Part shown: positions 54,320-64,000 of the stretch, one piece after another | Numbering within the stretch: position 1 is the stretch's first letter | Layout: every line of letters begins with the position of its first letter | Assembly: GCA_951406725.2 (NCBI GenBank) | Contig: OX597815.1 | Span: 42,966,001-43,030,000 of the forward strand | Source: Octopus vulgaris | Lineage: Eukaryota | Length of the DNA: 64,000 nucleotides | Direction of reading: 5' to 3' | Made by a program: the position numbers and the translations under genes | The notes under the pieces: model-generated | Seen by the model: the letters and a program-made list of their open reading frames with translations, nothing else | Databases searched by the model: none | What the model was told of the DNA's origin: nothing

Positions 54320-54835
54320 GTTGTTTACTAGGTAGTAACTGCACAGAAATACTGATCCAGAAGAAACAACTATATATAAGAGGAGAATCTATAAAACTGG
54401 GAAATAGAGGGAGGGAATCTACGAAATACTGAAAACATTAGTGTACCTCCAACAGGAGAGTTACCGAAGGAATTAACCAAGAACTGGCTATTCTCTGGGA
54501 CAGAATTCTGGAAGTAATGTTCCTTGAGGAAACGAAAGGGCTACCATCATTGAAGTCCTGTGATAGGGCAAAGCAAAAATTACAATTCAAGAAAACAAAT
54601 GAAATTGTTACCAGTCTCCTGGTCATTGTGTCCCTACGTTGGAGTTCACACAAATTCCAATCGATGACATTAAGGGCAAATGGGCAACTGATACGGCCGG
54701 GGAGTTTGTAGCGGCAATTAATTTCTGGGAGTTCAGCTCAGCATTCATGACTATTCTGACACGTCTGTAATATTTTCTCCTGATCTTCTCTTCCATTGAC
54801 CTGTACAAAATCCCTTTCCGTTCGTTTAACCTAAG
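54320..54835. mobile_element. R4-type LINE fragments in opposite orientations next to a long (AAT)n (54837-55102)
   Basis: - strand MEEKIRRKYYRRVRIVMNAELNS resembles the RT thumb of 33308-35000; the + strand part is weaker. Confidence 0.5.
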
Positions 54836-54836
54836 A

Positions 54837-54880
<44 letters not shown>

Positions 54881-54918
54881 TAATAATAATAATGATAATA
54901 ATAATAATAATAATAATG

Positions 54919-54961
<43 letters not shown>

Positions 54962-55005
54962 TAATAATAATAATGATAATAATAATAATAATAATAATAA
55001 AGATA

Positions 55006-55036
<31 letters not shown>

Positions 55037-55070
55037 TAATGATGATAATAATAATAATAATAATAATAAT

Positions 55071-55102
<32 letters not shown>

Positions 55103-55104
<2 letters not shown>

Positions 55105-55373
55105 GTTTCAAATTTTGGTAGAAGGCCAGCAATTTCAGGGACGGGAGTAAGTTGATTATATCGACCACGTACTCAACTGATACTTAATTTATCGATCCAG
55201 AAAGGATGAAAGGTAAAGTCGACTTCGGCAGTATCTGAACTGAGAACGTAAAGACGGACGAAATGCCGCGAAGCATCTTGCGCGACGTACTAACGATTCT
55301 GCCATCTCGCCGCCTTAAGCCATTTACAAATAATCCTTTCTATTGCAGGCAGAAGGCTTCAATTTTATTTATT

Positions 55374-55436
<63 letters not shown>

Positions 55437-55880
55437 TTTTAGGTAGCGAGTCGATTACATCGACCCCAGTCCTTTACAGGCACCTATGTCATCGACCCCA
55501 AAAGGATTAAAAGCAATGTCAGCATCGATGGAATTTGAACTCAGAACGTAAAGACGGATGAAATGCCGTTAAGCATTTTGTCCGGCGTGCTAGCGGCTCT
55601 GTCATCTCCTTGCCTTATCATTTACGAATAATAAAGACCACAATCAAATGGGACTGGTTTATATTCATTTCTTTATATTGGTTTCAAATTTTAGCTCAAG
55701 GCCAGCAATTTTGAGGAAGAGGATAAGTCAATTACATCGATCCCAGTGTTCAACTGGTACTTATTTTTATCGATTTCGAAAGGATGAAAGACAAAATCGA
55801 TCTCGGCGGAATCCGAACCCAGACCGTAAAGATGGACGAAATGTCGCTAAACATTTTGCCCGACGCTGTAACGATTCTGT
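55103..55880 (-). mobile_element. Three tandem family-1 SINE copies
   Basis: Repeated GAAAGGATGAAAG..AAAGTCGAC..GAACTCAGAACGTAAAGACGGACGAAATG-like units. Confidence 0.75.
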
Positions 55881-56122
55881 TTGTTAAAGGTTCATCACTG
55901 AATGTGGTTTTGCTTTTCCTATTTGGTCCAGATAAGTGTCATGTCGGTGGTAGAGTGATTCAAATGTTAAAAAGTAAAAAAGAAGTGAAAAAAGTAATTT
56001 TTTTTTCTTTATAAACGTATCAACAGTTCCATAGTAGTTTTCTGTTATCTTTACAAATTTCATGATTGCAGACGTGAGATTTATATAGATATTCAGTTCT
56101 TTATTACTTCATTCGAAATCTT

Positions 56123-56288
56123 TCAAAAATGCTTTGCCTTCGACTTTGTGCAGCCCTTTGAAAGTGAAGGAACAACGAGAGCTTCCTCTGATAGATCTTC
56201 TTCAGCTTCTTGGTAATATTCTTCCACTTCAGCAAGGTATTTCTTTGGCAGTTCTTGATCGTGCGACATAAACGGATCATTTGTGTTA
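56123..56288 (-). CDS. Putative last exon of a convergent - strand gene (NTNDPFMSHDQELPKKYLAEVEEYYQEAEEDLSEEALVVPSLSKGCTKSKAKHF*)
   Basis: On the - strand: TTTTTTTGTTTTCGCAAG acceptor, open acidic frame (phase 2), TGA, then AATAAA at 56105-56100. No upstream exon found in the window. Confidence 0.4.
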
Positions 56289-56699
56289 CTTGCGAAAACA
56301 AAAAAATACCGAAACTTTACATCGTTTCGAAATTATACATCCATTTTAACAATTTCTATAGGTTCTTAAAATCTTTCAAAATTGTCATAAATTGTGAACA
56401 ACGTTTCTTTCATAAATGTTTTATATTCTTCTCTATAGCTTTGCTTTCATTACTTTTAATTTATCCAAGGTAGCAAATTGGCAGGATCGTTAACGCGTAT
56501 GAAAAATCCTGTTCTTTACGCTCTGAGTTCAAATCTTACCAAGGTTAACTTTGCCGCTCATCCTTTCTGGGTTGATAAAACACCCTGCCTGTCAAGTACA
56601 GGAATCAATGTTATCAATTTCTCCCCATCCTTTCAAGTCGCTGGCCTTGTGCTTAAATAAGAAGCCATTATTTTTACTGAATCCAGGAGATTGATTTCA

Positions 56700-57750
56700 A
56701 AAATGCTTTTAGTATTGGACATCCTTCCTTATCAAAAGCTTTAATGAATTAATCAAACGTGTACTGGAGACAAAACGCTTTAAGTGCCACAATAACAGCT
56801 TAGTTCATTGGTTGCAAGAGTGATTTTGTATTTGGAGACATGAACATGAAATATTTCGGTGTTGATGTAGAAATTTTAGATGACAAGGTGTATCATTTAC
56901 GAACAATAATAGATAAAAAGGAATATTTTTGTCTTCACAATACTTACACACAAGGCGATAGCGATCGAAACTAATCTTCAAACAGTGAAACAGCAACCCT
57001 TTTATTTGTTTACGTTTTATTTGACGTATAACTTTTTGTGAGATTCTTTAAGTGACATTTGAATTTTCAGTACAATGTATAAGCATGGCTCATAACTTAC
57101 AGTCTTCAGCTGCAATGCCTCTAAACATTAACGCTAACAGATATTTAGCTAGTTTAAATCCTGGATTCGACGGTTCTTCTTCTATAGTGTCGTTTCTTGC
57201 TGGCATGCATTTCCCAAAACGCTCGTAAAAAAATTTGTGAACCTATGTAAACATATTATTTAACTATTTCATTTCTTCTAAACTTTTTGGGACAAATTTC
57301 TTGCTTCCATATCAGCAGGCGCAGTTATTCCTTGCACTTTTAAATTATGCTAATCAGCTCGCTCACTTATTTTGTTATCTATAAAGCCAGTCATTAAATA
57401 TTTCTTGCATTAAGAATTACTTTGCAGCCGCCTCATTTCTTATCTTTAAGCGTCTTCAAAACAGATAAGGCTTTGGCACAAATAACAGCTTGCAAAATAA
57501 GCATGTTTAATTGTTGAGTTGGATTAGTTATTTGAGTAGCTAAAGATTCTTCCATAAATAAGAAATAAGACTGACCACATTTATTTTTATATATGTTTAT
57601 TAATAACAACGTAGATTGGAATAAATGCACATTTTAAATTTCATTTAAATATTGGTCATCGAAAGAAAAAAAATCAAGCTAAACTTTTAACATCCTTTTC
57701 CGGTTTTCTCTGAATTTAAAATTATGTGTTTTCTTTCTGAAGTAATTGTT
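56700..57750 (-). mobile_element. Tigger/pogo transposase fossil; a homologous fragment lies inverted at about 63010-63420 (+)
   Basis: KCMPAR..EEPSNPGFKLAK, LLFVNDTPCH and PNTKSLLQPM remnants; 57300-57470 is the reverse complement of about 63100-63270. Confidence 0.65.
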
Positions 57751-58086
57751 TAACATTTCTTAAAATAACACAGTATTTGCAACTGCAATATCCTTTCGTG
57801 TCGGTGGTGGAGTGATTCAAATGTTAAAAAGTAGAAAAGAAGTGAAGTAGTATGCGCCTACGTCAACATGCAAATTTACTGAATGACTGAATAAACAGAC
57901 GATTACTCACATGCATTATTGAAATCTTTAAAGTATTCATTACCAATGTTGCTTTAATTATGAGCAATTCATCATTACATTTTTACTTTTATAGCGACAA
58001 AAAGAATCATTAATGCGGGAGATTGTCAAACGAGGTGTAACATAAATATATACATATATACTTACATATATATGTATACAAATATT

Positions 58087-58149
<63 letters not shown>

Positions 58150-58176
58150 ATGGATACATAGGTACGTACACACACA

Positions 58177-58226
<50 letters not shown>

Positions 58227-58249
58227 CATACATACATATATACATACAT

Positions 58250-58295
<46 letters not shown>

Positions 58296-58318
58296 ACACA
58301 TACATACATAGATATATA

Positions 58319-59736
58319 CGAGGTGGTATTAAAAAGTTACCAGACTAGTTATGTGTCATAAAAATAAAAACTAATTTACATTACTTTTAACATCATCTCT
58401 TTCGAAATAGTCACTCAGCGTAGTAATACACCAGTCCCGCCGAGGTCGAATTTGCCTTTCATCCTTTCGGGGTCGATTAAATAAGTACTAGTTACGCACT
58501 GGAGTCGATGTAATTGACTTAATCCGTTTGTCTGTCCTTGTTTGTCCCCTCTGTGTGTAGCCCCTTGTGGGCAGTAAAGAAACGGTAGTAATACACCAGT
58601 CCCAGCGTTCCTGCCACTTTTGGAACCCAGCCTGGAAGTCGTTTTCTGCAAGCGAGTCAAGGACCTTCTGCGATTTGCTTTGGATCTCGACAACGGTCTT
58701 AAAATGGAGACCTTTGAGATGTTCTTTCATTTTGGGGAAGAGATGGAAGACTGCGGGTGTTAAATCTGGCGAAAAGGGCGGAAACAGAAGCGATACCGTG
58801 TCGTTTTGGGCGAGAATTCAATTCTTCGTACTCCATAGATCCGGTCGCTTTCGCCGAATGCCCTCCCCCAAACGTCGCAGAAGAACTCTCGATTGACGGT
58901 CTGGCCCTGAGGGACGATGTACAATACTGCGGCTGCCGAAAAAAAAAAAAAAAAAGACGGTGAGCACGTTCTTGATTGAGCTGCGGCTCTGTGTGCCTTC
59001 TTCAGTCTTGGAAATGAAGAACTTTTCTATTGTGTAGACTGCTGCTTCGTCTCAGGGTCGTACCCATAGATCCAACTCTCGTCACTAGTAATGATCTTCG
59101 ACATGAAGGATGGGTCATCAGTGGCACGCTGACGGATATCTTGACAGAATTCGATGCGATGTTCTTTCTGCTCAGTGGCCAGCAGGCAGGGCACAAACTT
59201 GGCAGACAACACGCTGCATGTTCAATTCAGACGTTAAGATTGCCTGCACAGACCCATAATACACACCTACAACATCAGCAATGTCGTTGATTATCTTTCG
59301 ACGATCTTCATACACAAGTTGAGGAATTTTCTCCACATTTCTGGGGGGTGACGCTCGTGGCAGGTCTTCCAGAAAACTTATCATCTTCCAGAGACGTTCT
59401 TCTGCTTTTGAGGTACCCGTGTCACTCGAAACATTGTGTACGACCCATGGCCTCGTCACCATAAGCTGGCCGAAGCATGTTCGATATCTGTAGCAGACTT
59501 CTCAAGTTTAGCGCAAAATTTCACGATGGCTCTTTGTTCATCTTCCTGTCCATGACAAAAATTACAGACTACATCATACACGTGATCACAAATACACAAG
59601 TTTCAAAAACGCAGTTATCTTACTCAGAACACTACCTCATGAAAGTCACTGCTAGCTCTCACTGCGCACGCAACCGCGTCGTGCCATCTGTTGGCGCGCT
59701 ACAGAACTAGTCTAGGAACTTTTTGAAGCCACCTCG
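58319..59736 (-). mobile_element. mariner transposon with TIRs, interrupted by a SINE
   Basis: TIRs CGAGGTGGTATTAAAAAGTTACCAGACTAG / CTAGTCTAGGAACTTTTTGAAGCCACCTCG, TA TSDs, SAKFVP and IITSDESWIYGYDPETKQQS; SINE at about 58439-58585 with TSD GTAGTAATACACCAGTCCC. Confidence 0.9.
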
Positions 59737-59949
59737 TAGACGATACGTTGAGCTGTTAATGCAGACACGTTTTTTCTCTCTATGTTTTTTTTTCTTTCTC
59801 TCTATTTTCTTTCCTCGTTCGTTTCTGTAGAAGAGCGCAGGTTCGAAACGTCAGAGAGTTTTCTATTTTACTTGAGCGTCAAACTAATACACAATGTTTG
59901 TTGTTCCCTCATCTGCTCTGTCTTTTGTTTTTATTTTTGTACACTTGAA

Positions 59950-59997
<48 letters not shown>

Positions 59998-60008
59998 CAC
60001 ACACACAA

Positions 60009-60050
<42 letters not shown>

Positions 60051-60083
60051 GCACACACATATATATATACATATGTATGTATA

Positions 60084-60125
<42 letters not shown>

Positions 60126-60128
<3 letters not shown>

Positions 60129-60284
60129 TGTGTCCAAAAAGTTTCGCCCGATTCTTATTTTGAAAACTATTGTAAGTTTTTCAATAAATTTTATTGTATG
60201 GAACAATGATGAATAATAACTACGAATGAAGCAATGAAACAATATACAATATAATAAAAATCGGGCGAAACATTCTGGACACAC
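60126..60284. mobile_element. Tc1/mariner-type MITE (~160 bp)
   Basis: CAGTGTGTCCAAAAAGTTTCGCCCGATT ... AATCGGGCGAAACATTCTGGACACAC. Confidence 0.65.
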
Positions 60285-60317
60285 ACACACACAAACACAC
60301 ATATATATATATATATA

Positions 60318-60654
60318 GTGAAGGCGCATGGCTCAGTGTTTAGAGCGTGGAGCTTACGATCGTGAGGTTGTGACTTCGAATCCCGGGCTGGGCTGCGTGT
60401 TGTGTTCTTGAGCAAGACACTTTATTTCACGTTGCTCCAGTTCACTCAGCCGTAGAAATGAGTTGCAACGTCACAGGTGCCAAGCTGTATCTGCTGTTGC
60501 CTTTCCCTTGGATAACACTGGTGGCGTGGAGAGAGGAGGCCGGTATGCATGGGCGACTGCTGGACTTCCATAAACAACCCTGCCCGGACTTGTGCCCGGG
60601 AGGGTAACTTTCTAAGTCCAATCCCATGGTTAGTCATGACCGAAGGGGGTCTCA
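60318..60654 (+). mobile_element. tRNA-derived SINE (family 4); partial - strand copy at 44395-44652
   Basis: GGCGCATGGCTCAGTGTTTAGAGCG A-box, TTCGAATCCC B-box, tail ...CATGACCGAAGGGG. Confidence 0.8.
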
Positions 60655-60679
60655 GCATATATGTATTTATATATGTATG

Positions 60680-60778
<99 letters not shown>

Positions 60779-61392
60779 AAAAAGTAAAAAATATATACAA
60801 ACTGGGACAAGAACATGAAACACCTAGAAGATGACACAAGAACCACAGGACGGGACATTCGAAGCCCTCAGTCATCAGTCAAGAACCAGATCATCTTCGC
60901 AATTTCGGCTGATGTATATAATCTACAGTACTCGTACATTGCCTATATGTTTGGGTCGAATGATTGAGCCTTTTCTTTATCTTTTATTGGTTCAATTTGT
61001 TTCATGTGAATGTACAAAATGGCAATGTATAAAAATGCATAAATGCCTCGCAGCATTTCTTCCGACACTCTAACTATTATGCCAATGACCGACATAGTAG
61101 TAGCAATAGTAGCAGATGTAGTTGAAGAAACTATAATCTTCTCTACTATAGATGCGAGTCGATTTCATTGACGCCAGTAAGCGACTGGTACTTATCTTGT
61201 CAAACCCCTCCGAAAGAAAGAAAGAAAGTCGACGTCCGTAGAATTTGAACCGAGAACGCACAGATAAACGAAATGAGAGGATTGGAGGCAAATCAGACTA
61301 GGTGAAATTTGAACTCAGAACGTAATGTCAATATCTGCAAGAATATATACGACTAAGTATTTTGTCCAGTGTGCTAACGGTTCTGCAATCTC

Positions 61393-61440
<48 letters not shown>

Positions 61441-61441
<1 letters not shown>

Positions 61442-61958
61442 GCCCTGATGCAGTACCAGGCAGTGGCTCTCATGGCTTCTGATCTTAACTGATTGGAAGT
61501 GTTATCATGTACATTGTTTTGTCTTGGTATAAAAGATGGGCTAGAGCAAATATTCTGCTCAATACCACAGGTTTGCTTGTCAGTTGTTTGACCTTAACCA
61601 GTTGAGCATGTCCCTTAGTGGCTGACGATATGTGCTTCTCTGATCACGAGAAGAAGTATTGGGAGAGTATCATAGTCATGTGCTGAGAGGGATTCTTTGG
61701 GGTTTGAATAATTCACCTTCGGAAACATGGGTGTTTCGTTCAACATCCTTAAACAATCCTTATTCAGGGACCTTTTGAGTGGGATGGTTACAAGGTCATG
61801 TGCTGTTCATCTTGATATGAGATCACCATGTCGCACACATATGGTTGTGATGCATGTGCCTGGTTTACCCTTATCAGACGGGTAGTCATGATGGGTATAC
61901 TGGGCTTCGTATATTTTACCCCAGTTTCACTTTGATGGCATGCACTGCTCTCTCACTC
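61441..61958 (+). mobile_element. ~550-bp (AAT)n-associated element (copy 6)
   Basis: Same termini; (AAT)n flanks; small internal deletion. Confidence 0.85.
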
Positions 61959-61989
61959 AATAATAATAATGAGAATGATGATGATGATG

Positions 61990-62057
<68 letters not shown>

Positions 62058-62277
62058 TTCTACTAAAGGCACAAGGTCTGAAATTTTGTGGGAGGAGGCT
62101 AGTCGATTAAATCGACGCCAGTACTCAACCGGTACTTAATTTATCGATCTCGAAATGATGAAAGGCAAAGCCGAATTTGAATTCAGAACGTAAAGACGGA
62201 CGAAATACCGTCATGTATTTCGCCTGGCGTGCTACCGATTCTATCAGCTCACAACCTTAATGATAAAGATAATAATA

Positions 62278-62560
62278 TTGATTTCTTTATTAACCACAAA
62301 GGCTTACATGAAGAAAACATTATGGACAGTACAGGACAAAACAAAAAAATGCGTGTATGTATGTATGTGTGTGAGCGTGTAGTTGTGAGGGTGCTGCGTG
62401 TAAACAAGACTAATAAAATTGAAAAGAAAAAGGAGGATCAACAATGTGTAATCCTCAATAGAGAGGAAACGTTCGAGGGTTGCTCATGGAGAGACCTCAT
62501 AAAAAACCATAGGTACCCTAACTTTTGTGACAGGTGCCATTTTTCGTTTCCTTTCCTCTT
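62278..62560 (-). mobile_element. L1/Tx1-like LINE 3' end
   Basis: Ends ...GCCTTTGTGGTTAATAAAGAAAT, like 1855-1900. Confidence 0.45.
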
Positions 62561-62855
62561 TCCAACTACAGATCCAACTACGGATCTGCACCCGGAACCA
62601 TGTGGTTGGGAAGAAAGCTTCTTACCACGCAACCAGGGCTGCACAAACGTGCTATTGGTGATTTCTTTTTCTTCTTTGGACTTTTTCCTTTGTCCTATCC
62701 GACGAGGAGCTATGCTTAAAACATCAAACTCTCTCTTTTCACCGAGCGTCAAGCTAATACATTCCTTGTCCAAGTCCTCATATTCCTAAATTTTACTCGT
62801 TTATTTGAATGGATTGCTTTTTTGAATTTATTATACATATATATATATAGCTAGC

Positions 62856-62909
<54 letters not shown>

Positions 62910-62923
62910 GCTAGCTAGCTAGC

Positions 62924-62988
<65 letters not shown>

Positions 62989-63843
62989 TGATTGATAGAT
63001 AGATATAAAAGCTATTATTTGCATAAATTACTGATCAAACACGTCCTTTAAAATCATGCCTGTTTGCAAGATGCTATTTACGTTGAAATTTGAACTATTT
63101 TAAAGACAGCTAAAGATAAAAAAGAAGCCGGCTGCAAAGAAATACTTGATGCAAGAAATAGTTAATGACTGGCTTTATAGATAACAAAGAGAGAGAAAAG
63201 GATAAGCTGATTAACATAATTTAAAAGTGCAAGGAATAGCTGCGCCTGTTGATACTGAAGCAGCAAATTTGTAGCCGAAAATAAAAATAAAAATAAAAAT
63301 TAGAAGAAATAGTTAAAGAATGTGCTTTACCCGCCTTGGAAAATTTTTAGTGCTGACAAGATGAAGTGCATGCAAGAAGTAACGTTGCAAAGGAAAAATG
63401 CCAAGTTTCAGTGTAACTAAATATTGGTTAGTGATATTTTATATAGACATGGCTGTGTGCTAAGAAGCTTGCTTCGCAAGCACATGGTTCTGGGTTCAAT
63501 CCCACTGCATAACACTTTGGGCAAGTGTCTTCTATTATAGCCTCGGGCCGACCAAAGCCTTGTGAGTAGATTTGGTCGACATAAACTGAAAGAAGCCCAT
63601 CATCATTCAAAATGTGACCGCGTGTGTACCGTTGGCGATTTTTTTCCTTCGTCTTCCCTTCTTTGGATCTTTCCTTTACCTATGTTTCTGACGAAGAGCT
63701 CCGCTCGAAGCGTTAAACCCTCCTTCTTTCCTTCTTTCCTGAGCGTCCAATAATACTATACTTGTTCCACGTCCTCGCGTTGTTGTGTTTTCTCTTTGTG
63801 TTTTCATGTTTGGATTAACTTTATATATATATACATACATACA

Positions 63844-63896
<53 letters not shown>

Positions 63897-63911
63897 ATGT
63901 GTGTGTGTATT

Positions 63912-63955
<44 letters not shown>

Positions 63956-63958
63956 TGC

Positions 63959-63989
<31 letters not shown>

Positions 63990-64000
63990 CATGTGTGTGT

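Overview
Eukaryotic, AT-rich, very microsatellite- and transposon-dense DNA. The SINE families and the (TA)n/(CA)n/(AAT)n load look like an octopus (coleoid cephalopod) genome; this is an inference. Most long ORFs in the supplied track are microsatellite artefacts. By hand I reconstructed a previously unlabelled 7-exon + strand gene (8446-45207, about 366 aa, all intron phases consistent). It has an RFX X-box just upstream of the ATG and an AATAAA after the stop. There is also a probable last exon of a convergent - strand gene (56123-56288). The rest is mobile-element fossils: L1/Tx1, CR1-type and R4/Dong-type LINEs, a Penelope-like RT, a gypsy remnant, Tc1/mariner/maT/Tigger DNA transposons and several tRNA-derived SINE families. 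The most interesting signal is a set of minimal hammerhead-ribozyme motifs in short, inverted-repeat-forming Penelope-type elements. These include a tRNA-headed (Pol III/SINE-like) hammerhead element and a natural G3-C8 core-swapped hammerhead. Other notable observations are a sharp CpG-decay boundary near 6.6 kb, a twin-priming-type inverted LINE, and an (AAT)n-targeting ~550-bp element family. All coordinates and alignments were read by eye.
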